The notes beneath the pieces were generated by a model, which searched no databases, had not been told where the DNA came from, and saw only the letters and a list, made by a program, of their open reading frames with translations. The position numbers were made by a program, and so were the translations under genes. DNA of 49,166 nucleotides, taken from a virus. Taxonomy: Duplodnaviria; Caudoviricetes. Where the stretch lies: the IMG/VR virus record IMGVR_UViG_3300046490_000035, positions 1-49,166 of that record, one strand, 5' to 3'. How positions within the stretch are numbered: position 1 is the first letter of the stretch; every line of letters begins with the position of its first letter. Shown here in pieces: positions 16,079 through 24,494 of this stretch.

Positions 16079-16702
16079 ATGAACTACGGATTCAAGGGGT
16101 TGCTTCTCACCATCTGGCAGCGTCTCGTGCTGTCCTACAAGTCCACCGCCATTGGCCTCGCCATCGGCGCGGCCACCATCGTGTCCCAGACCATGATCGA
16201 GAGCCCCAACGCCTACGTCAAGTGGGCAGGGTCGCTGCTCTCGATCTACTTCCTGAGCCTCAAGGACAAGAACAAGTTCACCGCGCCCGTCGCCCCCACC
16301 CTGCTCCTGGCCTTGGTCCTGTCCTCGCTCACCTTCGCCACTCCGGCCCGCGCGGACGGCCCTCTCACCCTGCGCCTCTCTCCTGACTTGAGCCTGCGCC
16401 TCAACGTGGCGGTGCCCGCCCTGGGCTACTCCCTGACCAAGCACAAGCTCCTGGGCCAGGTGACCTTCGGAGTCAACTACGTCCTCGACTACAAGGAGAA
16501 GATCGCGGTGGGCTTTGGCGGAGGGTTCGCTCAGACCAACGACACCCCTGGCGGCATCGCGACCGTGATGGTGGCGGGCCCCGTGCTCAACGCCACGACG
16601 GAGGGCGGGCTGGGCCTGCGGCCGGCGCTGCTCTACGAGTACCGGTGGCTGGGGGCCGAGCACGAGAACATCGTGGCGGGTACGTTGGCGTTGCAGTTCT
16701 AA
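16079..16702 (+). CDS. Membrane protein: holin-like N-terminus + internal signal peptide + predicted outer-membrane beta-barrel
   Basis: RBS AGGAGG; two hydrophobic segments ending in KD; LLLALVLSSLTFATPARA|D; amphipathic strands; C-terminal LALQF. Confidence 0.65.
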   Translation: MNYGFKGLLLTIWQRLVLSYKSTAIGLAIGAATIVSQTMIESPNAYVKWAGSLLSIYFLSLKDKNKFTAPVAPTLLLALVLSSLTFATPARADGPLTLRLSPDLSLRLNVAVPALGYSLTKHKLLGQVTFGVNYVLDYKEKIAVGFGGGFAQTNDTPGGIATVMVAGPVLNATTEGGLGLRPALLYEYRWLGAEHENIVAGTLALQF

Positions 16703-16771
16703 TTGCGGCGGCGCCCGGAGCGAGCCCTCGCGGGCTTAGCAGACCTCTCAACGGGCGCCGCCACACCGTAC

Positions 16772-16808
16772 AAAGCCCCTGGACCCTAGGGTCCAGGGGC
16801 TTTTCTTT
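16772..16808. terminator. Bidirectional intrinsic terminator (perfect 32-bp palindrome)
   Basis: AAAGCCCCTGGACCCT/AGGGTCCAGGGGCTTT followed by TCTTT, located where the + and - gene blocks converge. Confidence 0.8.
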
Positions 16809-17019
16809 GGGCCGTTCTCCCTGTGAACTTGCACTTCTCGCACTTGTGGCCCCAGCACTCGGGGCAGACGGTCTCCAGCGCGATGAGGATGATGCGCTTC
16901 AAGGTCTCCTCGTCGCTCTCAGAGACGGTGCGCACTCGCCCCATCATGTCGCTGAGCTTCCGTCCCAGCCGGGCCCACGTCAGCACCTCGGCCAAAGCCT
17001 CTACGGGGTCAGTGATCAC
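16786..17019 (-). CDS. Small protein with C-terminal CxxC..CxxC zinc ribbon
   Basis: GTG start overlapping the helicase stop (GTGA); CPECWGHKCEKCKFTG. Confidence 0.6.
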   Translation of the reverse strand: MITDPVEALAEVLTWARLGRKLSDMMGRVRTVSESDEETLKRIILIALETVCPECWGHKCEKCKFTGRTAQRKAPGP

Positions 17020-18482
17020 GTAGCCTTCCTTCTCCCACGCAGGTGGGTCTTGAGCGCCGAGAGCAGCTCGCCCTGGTTCTTGTCCTTCTGTGCAACCACC
17101 TTGAGGATCACCTCGTCGATCGTCTTGCGGGCGGCGATGTGGTGGACCACGATGCGCTCCTTCTGACCCTGCCTCCACACCCGACGAATGAGCTGGATAT
17201 AGTCCTCCAGGTTCCACGTGAGGCTGTGCCAGATGACCGCTGACCCCACCTCCTGGAGGTTGAGGCCGTGCGCCACCGACTGCGGCTGGGCCAGGAGGAC
17301 GGGAATCAGGCCGTCGTTCCACGCCACCTCAATGGCCCTGAACTCCTTGGGCGACACCCCTCCACCTATGTAGGGCGCGCCGGGGAAGCGCTTCTGGAGC
17401 CGCTCCAGGTCGTGCTTGTACTCGTACGCGATGAGCACGGGCTTGCCACTCAGTTCCTCCACGAGGTCCTCGACGGCGTCGGCCTTGGCCTCGTGGACGG
17501 CAGCCCACTTCTCCCCGTCCCCCGTGTACAGCCCGCCGTTGGCGATCTGCCTGCACTTCCCTCCCGCGACTGCGGCGTTGGCTGCCGTGATCACGTCGTT
17601 CTCGATAGAGGTGATGAGCAAGTCCTCCATCTGCTCGTAGATCTTACGGGCCTTCTCGGGGAGGTCCACGTAGATGGTGTTGGAGACGTAGGGCTCCAGG
17701 TCCAGGTAGTCCTCAGCGCTCATGCGCAGGACGAGGGGCTTGAGCTTCTTGTAAATCCTCTCCTGTGCCGACTCGGTGTGAACGACCACGCCCCCGCACC
17801 CGTCATGCTTGCCCTTGACGGCGAGACCCTCCAGCACCTCTGCGCTGCACTTGGCGCAGGTGTCGTGCCCCTTTCGAGGGATCCAGGAGTAGCCTCCGTA
17901 CCCGCTCGCGTCGAAGTAGTCCTTGCGATACCACGTGATGTACTGCCCCAGCGACGCGCCGTGATCCAGGATGTAGACCTGACCGAACAGGTCCAGGAGG
18001 CCGTTGGGGGCGGGGGTGCCGGTGAGGATGTAGCGGTAGCGGAAGAACTTCAACATCGACTTCAAGATCTTGAAGCGCTTGGTGTTGGGGTGCTTGAACT
18101 TGGTGGACTCGTCCACCACCAACATGTCAATCCCGAGGGCCTTGAGGTGCGGAGCGAGCCACTCCAAGCCCTCGGGGTTGATCACGTACACGTCTGCGTC
18201 CGACTTGAGCAGCTCGTCCTTGTGGGGGCCGTGCAGCACCACCACGTTGAGGTAGCGGAACTCGTCCCACTTCGCTGCCTCGGCCGGCCACACACCGTAC
18301 GCAGGGCGCAGGGGCGCCACCACCAGCATCTTCCTCACGAGCCCCTTCTTCTTGCGGATGTGGAAAGCGGCGAGGGTGGTGGAAGTTTTGCCAAGCCCCG
18401 GATCGAGAAACAGGCCAGCGGCACCGTTCTCGATCATGAACCTGATGGCTTCTCTCTGGTACGGGTGTGGGTTGTACTTCAC
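17016..18482 (-). CDS. SNF2-family (SF2) helicase/ATPase
   Basis: PHPYQ Q-motif, LDPGLGKT Walker A, VVDES Walker B, LTGTP motif III, HGLNLQ, Q..RR.WRQGQ motif VI. Confidence 0.92.
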   Translation of the reverse strand: MKYNPHPYQREAIRFMIENGAAGLFLDPGLGKTSTTLAAFHIRKKKGLVRKMLVVAPLRPAYGVWPAEAAKWDEFRYLNVVVLHGPHKDELLKSDADVYVINPEGLEWLAPHLKALGIDMLVVDESTKFKHPNTKRFKILKSMLKFFRYRYILTGTPAPNGLLDLFGQVYILDHGASLGQYITWYRKDYFDASGYGGYSWIPRKGHDTCAKCSAEVLEGLAVKGKHDGCGGVVVHTESAQERIYKKLKPLVLRMSAEDYLDLEPYVSNTIYVDLPEKARKIYEQMEDLLITSIENDVITAANAAVAGGKCRQIANGGLYTGDGEKWAAVHEAKADAVEDLVEELSGKPVLIAYEYKHDLERLQKRFPGAPYIGGGVSPKEFRAIEVAWNDGLIPVLLAQPQSVAHGLNLQEVGSAVIWHSLTWNLEDYIQLIRRVWRQGQKERIVVHHIAARKTIDEVILKVVAQKDKNQGELLSALKTHLRGRRKAT

Positions 18483-18628
18483 TTGGCTGGCTCCTTGTCC
18501 TTCGGCTTGCTCGGCGACTTCGCCAAGCACTTGCTGCACCCCTCCACCTGTCGCGTGGTCTTCTTGCAGTGGGGGCAGACGTACTTCCCAGGGGGCCTGC
18601 CCCCCTGGTTGCCTGCGTGCTTGCTCAC
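18479..18628 (-). CDS. Small basic zinc-finger protein (49 aa)
   Basis: Translated by hand: VSKHAGNQGGRPPGKYVCPHCKKTTRQVEGCSKCLAK...; GTGA overlaps at both ends. Confidence 0.55.
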   Translation of the reverse strand: MSKHAGNQGGRPPGKYVCPHCKKTTRQVEGCSKCLAKSPSKPKDKEPAK

Positions 18629-18966
18629 GACTCCCTCCAGAGCTTCTCCAGATCGTCCACGAAGTGCTTGCCCGCGTCCACGTCGTCGCAGTCCGACATC
18701 ACGGGGAAGTTCATGTCGCTCAGCTCCTTCTGCATGCGGGCTTGCAGCTCGGTGCTGTCCTTCCCCGGGGCCTTGAACTCGATGAAGAAGGTGAACCCCC
18801 CGATCCCGCTCTTGCGCTTCTTGTTGAACTCGTAGTCAGGGTCGCCCGACCGCCCGTAGCCGGCGAACGTGGAGCGCTTGAACGGGCGCCAGCCCAGGCT
18901 CTTGGCGTAGGCCACCACCTCGGTCTGGATCGACTTCTCCAGCGTCTTCTTTTTCAGAACTTGCAC
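18625..18966 (-). CDS. VRR-NUC domain nuclease (putative Holliday-junction resolvase)
   Basis: LEK.IQ, G.PD, FIEFKAPG...T.LQ motifs; start approximate. Confidence 0.8.
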   Translation of the reverse strand: MQVLKKKTLEKSIQTEVVAYAKSLGWRPFKRSTFAGYGRSGDPDYEFNKKRKSGIGGFTFFIEFKAPGKDSTELQARMQKELSDMNFPVMSDCDDVDAGKHFVDDLEKLWRES

Positions 18967-19751
18967 GGGCCACCCTTGGACTTCGAGAACTCGCAGTAGC
19001 CGCACAGCCCGTTGGCGGTGGGGGGAAAGGTACGGTCGGCGAACATCGGGAAGGACTCCTTCTCCCACCACTTCTTCTCGGCCTCCAGTTCGTTGCGGGT
19101 GAGCGTCGGCCCCGTCACGGAGTACGGGTTGCCGTCCTTCACGTCAACGAAGGCCAGCTCGGACGACACCTCGTGCACCTCGGGCATGCCGGCCAGCACC
19201 GAGGCGTTGTAGAGCCGGAGTTGCTTCTTGTACTCCTCGTCCTTGCCCGGCTTGATCTTACCGTCCTTCCCCACGCCTCCCGTCTTCCAGTCGATGACGT
19301 GCGCGGAGGTCCCACCGAGGCTGGACCAAAACACGTCGAGCTTGGTGACGAGCCACAGCTCAGGGCACCAATTCGGACCGAGGCGCCGCCAGTTCCGGTC
19401 GAAGTTGATGGTCAACTCCGTCTGAACGTCTGCGCCCTTCTTCTTGTCGTCGCGCAGCTTCTTGGCCAAGGCCTTGACGCCCTTGTGCTCGATCTCCTTG
19501 TGGATGCGGGGGACCTCGCCGTTAACGTACTTCTCCAGGTTGCCGCCGATCTCGATGCCACGCACCAGCGCCGGACCCTTCACAACCGCATGCTTGCATG
19601 TGCCGCACACGGCGGGGGTGTCGTAGCCTCCCTTCACCTTGCCCTCGAAACATTTGGGGCAGAGCTTGGCGAGGTGCTTGAGGGATGCGTACTTCGGGCA
19701 TCGGTTGTAGTCGCTGAGGCGGGTGGAACTCCACGACGTGAACTTGAGCAT
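18954..19751 (-). CDS. Cas4/RecB-like PD-(D/E)XK exonuclease
   Basis: WS.TRL..Y..CP, KLD, IDWKTG, QL.LY, C-terminal C.YC.F....C cluster. Confidence 0.85.
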   Translation of the reverse strand: MLKFTSWSSTRLSDYNRCPKYASLKHLAKLCPKCFEGKVKGGYDTPAVCGTCKHAVVKGPALVRGIEIGGNLEKYVNGEVPRIHKEIEHKGVKALAKKLRDDKKKGADVQTELTINFDRNWRRLGPNWCPELWLVTKLDVFWSSLGGTSAHVIDWKTGGVGKDGKIKPGKDEEYKKQLRLYNASVLAGMPEVHEVSSELAFVDVKDGNPYSVTGPTLTRNELEAEKKWWEKESFPMFADRTFPPTANGLCGYCEFSKSKGGPCKF

Positions 19752-19954
19752 CAGGTCTCCTTACCGGGGGGGGTGCTGAGGTGCGTCTCTTTCGCGTTCG
19801 CCACCAAGGGACGAACACAGTCCGGACACAGCTCCAGGCCGAAGTTCTGCGACTGCCTGCCCGGCACAGAGCCAGGCACCTTGACAAAAACTCGCGCCAG
19901 TTCTGCCTGTCCAGTCTGCTTGTTGCACAGATCGCAAAAGAATTTGCAGCTCAC
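19751..19954 (-). CDS. Small zinc-finger protein
   Basis: CDLC...ELCPDC; GTGA-coupled to the polymerase stop. Confidence 0.6.
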   Translation of the reverse strand: MSCKFFCDLCNKQTGQAELARVFVKVPGSVPGRQSQNFGLELCPDCVRPLVANAKETHLSTPPGKET

Positions 19955-21879
19955 GGCTTCCAATCCTTCTCGGGCACCAGGGAACCCCAAGACGATCCGA
20001 TGTCGGTGTCCGTCAGCATCGGCACGTCGCACTCCATCGACTCCATCGCCTGCCGGAGCAGGGCACACTCGGCCTTCATCGCCTTCGGAGGGGCAGAGAT
20101 GTTCGCCTCGTCGTACACCGACGCCAGCAGCCGTCCGTCCTTCTTGATCTGGTCGTATCGGATGAGGGCCTCCTTCATCATGTCAGCGCCCGAGCCCTGA
20201 ATCAGCTTCGAGAACTGCTTGTAGCCGAAGTCCATCACGCGGTTGAACTGCTCCACGTACTTCGGAGGCTCGACGTAGTAGAGCCTACCGCCCCAGGTGC
20301 GGACGGGCTGGCCGTCCTTGGCGCGCTGCTTGAGCTGGGCGTCCAGCGCGGCGATGGAGGGGGTGGCGGCCTTCACGCCTTTGATGACGGTGGCCGCGCC
20401 CGTTGTCACGGTCTTCTTCAACGTGACAGGGTCTACCTCGATCACGTCCTTCACCGGGAGGCCAAGCAGGTCCGCCAGCCGTGGGGCTCCGGCTCCGTAT
20501 TTGATCGAGAAGTTGGTGATCTTCACCATGCGGCGTTTCAGGTCCAGCCCCACCTCCGACACTAGGCGGTCGTGCATGAGCACGTGGAAGTCGGTGCGGG
20601 GGTCCTTCTGGTATGCCTCCAGCACCTCGCCCTCGGCGTAGTGGCCCATGAGCCTGAACTCCTGCTGGCTCCAGTCCAGGTGTCCCCAGGCGTCGCCCTT
20701 GTCGGGGAGGATGTACTGGCGGACGAGCGGGAGTGGCGGTAAGGACAGCTTCTTGGGATGCGACCACCCGTCGTTCTTGTCCTCGAAGTCCTTCGACACG
20801 TTCGCGAACTTCGAGCACGTGAGCCGTCCGGTGTTGGCGCCCGTCTCTTTGTCCCCTGATCCACGAACTTGGTTCCAGTGGGTGAAAATGTAGCCCCCGG
20901 CCGCGCTCGCCATCTTGGCCCAGGGCTCCAGGTTGAGGCTCATCACCGTGCCCAGCCGGTTCCGGTAACCGAGAACCTTGAACACCTCCTGATCTTTGAA
21001 CTTGTCGTGGGTGAGGTTCTTCTTGCCGACCGACTTCTTCTTGGACTTGGGGGTGTACGTCCACTCCGTCACGATGCCCGCGCTGTCCAACGCCTCCGCC
21101 AGCTCGGCGTCGGAGTCGATGTTGAGCCCGGGGGCCTTGAGCCTCTTGCGCAGCCAGGCGTCGGCCTTCTCGCTCGCGGCCTTGTACGCCACGAGGTCCT
21201 TCTCCGCTCGCTCCACGTCGAAGCGCATGCCGCACCGCTCGTTCTCCAGCAGGATGGGCATGAGCTGTCGCTCCCGATCATACGGACGCTGCATCCCGGC
21301 TTCCACGTTGTCGGGGTACAGCTTCTCGTGCAGCTTCCATGTTCGGATCACGTCGCCTATGGCGTAGCGCCCGACGATGTCGCCGGGGGCCTTGGAGATG
21401 TTCTTCCCCACCTCCCGGTCGCTGGCGTTCTTGGCGACGATGCCGTGCGCGATGAGCCACTCCCTGATGGCGTCCCGCTCCTCGGGCTTCATCCCCAGGT
21501 ACCGCTCTGCTGAGGGCTTGAGGGAGAACGTGCTGGCGTTGGGGTCCTTGAGAAACAGCGTGTAGAGCGTGTCGTGAACCTTGTGCCAGGGCGGGAGGGG
21601 CAGGCCGAGGTGGACGTTCGCCACGTCTAGATCGAAGATGGCGTTCTGAAAGAGAAGGTCTTCCCCACTCTTCCAGATGTCGGAGAGGACGCGCTTCGCC
21701 TTCCCCACCTCGCAGTTGTTCTTGGTGGGGTGCCCCCAGGACAGGTAGTAGGGCTTCTTCCCCGGCTCCCAGATGGCCACACCTACCGGCTTCGGCGGGT
21801 AGTCGGGGCGGGGCTCGATGCCATCCGTCTCGAAGTCCACCACGACGGGCCGCTTGCCGGTGAATTTGGCCTTGCTCAC
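19951..21879 (-). CDS. DNA polymerase family A with 3'-5' exonuclease domain
   Basis: VDFET exo I, TGRL, DWSQQEFR motif A, R..K..NF...YG motif B, IQGSGAD, VYDE motif C. Confidence 0.95.
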   Translation of the reverse strand: MSKAKFTGKRPVVVDFETDGIEPRPDYPPKPVGVAIWEPGKKPYYLSWGHPTKNNCEVGKAKRVLSDIWKSGEDLLFQNAIFDLDVANVHLGLPLPPWHKVHDTLYTLFLKDPNASTFSLKPSAERYLGMKPEERDAIREWLIAHGIVAKNASDREVGKNISKAPGDIVGRYAIGDVIRTWKLHEKLYPDNVEAGMQRPYDRERQLMPILLENERCGMRFDVERAEKDLVAYKAASEKADAWLRKRLKAPGLNIDSDAELAEALDSAGIVTEWTYTPKSKKKSVGKKNLTHDKFKDQEVFKVLGYRNRLGTVMSLNLEPWAKMASAAGGYIFTHWNQVRGSGDKETGANTGRLTCSKFANVSKDFEDKNDGWSHPKKLSLPPLPLVRQYILPDKGDAWGHLDWSQQEFRLMGHYAEGEVLEAYQKDPRTDFHVLMHDRLVSEVGLDLKRRMVKITNFSIKYGAGAPRLADLLGLPVKDVIEVDPVTLKKTVTTGAATVIKGVKAATPSIAALDAQLKQRAKDGQPVRTWGGRLYYVEPPKYVEQFNRVMDFGYKQFSKLIQGSGADMMKEALIRYDQIKKDGRLLASVYDEANISAPPKAMKAECALLRQAMESMECDVPMLTDTDIGSSWGSLVPEKDWKP

Positions 21880-22100
21880 AGCTTCACCCCCAGCCGCTTC
21901 TCGTAGTCCACGATCTGCTCCTCGGTGATGGTGAACTCTCTCCAACGCATCGTCGCCTTGGATCTGCACAGTACGTACTTCGTTCCGTCAGGCCGGGTGA
22001 AGACCTTTCGCATCACGTCGAACGGGCCCTGCATCTTGTCCATCGGCGAGGGTCGCAGGACCTCGACGGGCTGCGTGTTCAGCTCGGGCTGCTTTTCCAC
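21876..22100 (-). CDS. Hypothetical protein
   Basis: RBS AAGGAG before GTG; stop overlaps the polA start. Confidence 0.6.
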   Translation of the reverse strand: MEKQPELNTQPVEVLRPSPMDKMQGPFDVMRKVFTRPDGTKYVLCRSKATMRWREFTITEEQIVDYEKRLGVKL

Positions 22101-22425
22101 GGAGTCTCCTTTCGGTTCTCAGTTGTTCGTAGATCCTAGAAATCGGCACACCACGGCGCAGGGCCAGCTCCTTGACGGTGAGACCCTCGACGAATAGCAC
22201 CGGGGGCCGCCCGGGGATGAGTCTGTGGGTCTTAAGCGGCCAGGCCCAGGGGCCGGGGGGCCACGACAAGGGCCGGTTCTCGGCGGCCTCCCACCGAAGG
22301 GCTGGGGCCTCGTTGGCCTCTGATCTCCGGTCCTCCGCGTCGAAGCAAGGCTGGTGCATCCACAGCCCGCTCCCGATGTGGATGAGCGGGCCGGTGCGGC
22401 TGCATGCGGCAGCGCAGGTTTTCAT
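21988..22425 (-). CDS. Hypothetical protein, possible HTH (LTVKELALRRGVPISRIYEQL)
   Basis: ATG at 22425 just after a terminator; overlaps the next gene by ~110 nt, so boundaries are doubtful. Confidence 0.35.
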   Translation of the reverse strand: MKTCAAACSRTGPLIHIGSGLWMHQPCFDAEDRRSEANEAPALRWEAAENRPLSWPPGPWAWPLKTHRLIPGRPPVLFVEGLTVKELALRRGVPISRIYEQLRTERRLRGKAARAEHAARRGPATLADGQDAGPVRRDAKGLHPA

Positions 22426-22431
22426 GGAGAA

Positions 22432-22465
22432 GGAAAAAGGCGGGCCCCGTGCGAGCGGCCCGCCC
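22432..22465 (-). terminator. Intrinsic terminator after the putative SSB gene
   Basis: Minus strand GGCGGGCC-loop-GGCCCGCC followed by TTTTT. Confidence 0.75.
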
Positions 22466-22471
22466 CTCCGA

Positions 22472-23257
22472 TCAGTCGAGCTTACGGCTGGCCTTCGCCG
22501 ACCGCTTCGCCTGCTTGGGCTTCTCCTCGTCGGAGAGCACCGGGTACGGAGCGAATAGCATGGGCTCCATCTCGGCGGCGCGCTTCTGGAGCTGCGCCAC
22601 TTGTTCACGGCTGATTCGCTCCAGAGCGCGGAACGTGAGCGAGTAACCGGCCTCCTCGTCCTGCGGAGCCATCTCCGTCAGCACGGCCCGAACGTTCTTG
22701 TAGCGCGGCTCGATGTCCGGGATCTTGGAGAGGTACTGCCCCCACGCCTTGAGAGAGCCCGGAGGGATGGTGTAGGTGCGGAACTCCCCCGTCCCCAGGT
22801 CGGAGTCGGGAGCTGCGACGGCCGCGAGCACTCGCCGAACGTCCTTGCAGCGCTTGCCCTTACCCTTCTCCGCCGTCCCGAAGGCGTTGTGCGGGCAACC
22901 CGTGCAGCGCTCCGCCTGCTTGTCGGGAGCCGCCTCGTGGGGGACCATGTTCTTGTCGTCCCGTCCCATGGCATAGCAGACCGGAGTGGCCTTCACGTCA
23001 GGGTCGTACGCTTCGGTGTAGAACTCCTTCAAGAAGACGAAGTCGGCGATCACGTGAGGCAACTTGTTGTCCTTCACCGCCTTTCCGTCGATCGTGAGCT
23101 TGCCGTTCTTGTGGTTGATGCGCGGGATCCCGCTCGTCTCGTTGGCCCGGTCCTCCTTGGCCTGGTCCAGCATGCGTTCTTCCCACGGCTCCATCGGACC
23201 CGCGAGTGCCGTGTTCTTCTCCACCTTCTCGATCGACGTGTTCTTGGGCTTGGCCAC
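22472..23257 (-). CDS. Putative ssDNA-binding/annealing protein
   Basis: P.CYA...C.GCPHNAFG.A..GKGKRCK motif seen in phage replication modules; lies upstream of polA with its own terminator. Confidence 0.55.
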   Translation of the reverse strand: MAKPKNTSIEKVEKNTALAGPMEPWEERMLDQAKEDRANETSGIPRINHKNGKLTIDGKAVKDNKLPHVIADFVFLKEFYTEAYDPDVKATPVCYAMGRDDKNMVPHEAAPDKQAERCTGCPHNAFGTAEKGKGKRCKDVRRVLAAVAAPDSDLGTGEFRTYTIPPGSLKAWGQYLSKIPDIEPRYKNVRAVLTEMAPQDEEAGYSLTFRALERISREQVAQLQKRAAEMEPMLFAPYPVLSDEEKPKQAKRSAKASRKLD

Positions 23258-23260
23258 TTT

Positions 23261-23662
23261 TCACCTTTTGGTAAGAGACAACTCGTTCTGCAGAAACGCT
23301 TCCACTCCGGGCACTTCCTTCCCAGCCTCGTGACGGGCCCGGAAAGCCGTCTTCGAGATCCGACGCTCCAGCAAGTCGAACGCCTTCGTCTTCACGAGGT
23401 AGGCGTAGAACTTATCCCAATCGACCGGCTTTGGGTAGATGTGCGGCACCATGTTCGCCACGGCCACCTTGCCACGGCCTCCCTCCAACTCGGCCTTGGT
23501 GAAGGTGTTGATGATGTGATCGCCGAGTGCCTTCTCCTCTGCCTTGAGCGCATCCTCGCGATCGTTCAGCTTCTTCATCTCGACCTGCCGCTTCGCCCTC
23601 ATCTTGTAGAGGGCGTCGATGCAGTCTCCCAGCTTCTCTGGGAACTTCTTGGTCTCTGCCAC
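23261..23662 (-). CDS. Conserved phage replication-region protein (coiled coil + DWD.FY.Y....DLLERR...PGV)
   Basis: RBS GGAGAG; motif recurrent in phage replication modules. Confidence 0.7.
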   Translation of the reverse strand: MAETKKFPEKLGDCIDALYKMRAKRQVEMKKLNDREDALKAEEKALGDHIINTFTKAELEGGRGKVAVANMVPHIYPKPVDWDKFYAYLVKTKAFDLLERRISKTAFRARHEAGKEVPGVEAFLQNELSLTKR

Positions 23663-23675
23663 GGTCTCTCTCCAC

Positions 23676-23831
23676 TCAGCAGTGCGAGGTGGACATCAGT
23701 CGAATGGTGCAGCCCGCGTGCGCCTGGCTCTTGGCGTACAGCGCGCACCGCACCGTGCAGTCCTGCGGGACGGCGGGGAGTTGGTAGGCCTGCCCCACGT
23801 ACTCGCACGAATAGCACTGACAGATCCTCAT
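23676..23831 (-). CDS. Cys-rich small ORF, possibly the frameshifted C-terminus of the upstream lipoprotein
   Basis: MRICQCYSCEYVGQ...SHC; ATGA overlap with the lipoprotein stop; the frame is open further upstream. Confidence 0.45.
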   Translation of the reverse strand: MRICQCYSCEYVGQAYQLPAVPQDCTVRCALYAKSQAHAGCTIRLMSTSHC

Positions 23832-23971
23832 GTAGCAGTTGAGAACCGGGGGCCGCCTCCACCAGGCAGCAGCGCCTCCTGGTCCGTGGAGGTGTCGCGC
23901 ACCCCCCCGTCCGCCTCGTACCCACCGCACGCCGACACCGCTAGAGCTGCGAGAATCAAGATCTTCTTCAT
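23828..23971 (-). CDS. Small lipoprotein (lipobox VSAC)
   Basis: Translated by hand: MKKILILAALAVSAC-GGYEADGGVRDTSTDQEALLPGGGG...; RBS AGGAG. Confidence 0.65.
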   Translation of the reverse strand: MKKILILAALAVSACGGYEADGGVRDTSTDQEALLPGGGGPRFSTAT

Positions 23972-23993
23972 TGGTGTTTCTCCTATGTGTGAA

Positions 23994-24494
23994 CTACCCC
24001 GGAATGAGGTCGTTCGGATACGGCTTCTCCGACTCGGGCTTCGAGTTCGGCTTCTTGGTCTCCAGCTCGATGAGGAGCTGGAGAAAGTGAATCGCCTTGC
24101 GCAGATCCTCCAGCCCGTTCTTGCGGCGCCACCGGCTCACGTACTTCACCACCACGCCCTCGAAAAAGCCGAGGCCATTCGCGTGGATGTACTCCACGGG
24201 TTGGATGCCCATCACCCTGTAATGATCACCTCCGACCTGTTCCCCGAGGGCGCCCTTTGCAGCTCGGTCCGCGCAGGTGTCGTGGTCCTCCTTGATTCGA
24301 TTCATCTCGTCGCAGGTTCGGATCACATCATGGAACACGCTGGGGTCGCCCTTGACCAGTTCCGTCAGCGTGGGCAGGTTCTCTCCCGACACGAACTGAT
24401 GCCCGTCGGGGATCGTGTGCACGAAGTAGTTCTTTGATTGACCACACCCCGCGCACTTCGGGGCCTGCGGCACGTGCGCCGGGGTGTTCGTCAT
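23994..24494 (-). CDS. DUF3310 (SaV / T7 gp1.7-like) domain protein
   Basis: QVGGDHY...IQP.EYI.AN.LGF.EG.VVKYVSR...KNG.EDL.KA.HFL motif. Confidence 0.85.
   Translation of the reverse strand: MTNTPAHVPQAPKCAGCGQSKNYFVHTIPDGHQFVSGENLPTLTELVKGDPSVFHDVIRTCDEMNRIKEDHDTCADRAAKGALGEQVGGDHYRVMGIQPVEYIHANGLGFFEGVVVKYVSRWRRKNGLEDLRKAIHFLQLLIELETKKPNSKPESEKPYPNDLIPG

Noticed and set aside
16772-16803. Protelomerase (telRL) site
   Set aside because: No protelomerase gene; the palindrome is GC-rich with T-tracts at a convergence point, which fits a bidirectional terminator.
17775-17870. Intein in the helicase
   Set aside because: The insert is only ~30 aa and lacks intein terminal motifs (N-terminal C/S block, C-terminal HN).
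18954-19751. CRISPR-Cas system (Cas4-like gene)
   Set aside because: No repeat-spacer array or other cas genes; stand-alone Cas4/RecB-like nucleases are normal in phage replication modules.
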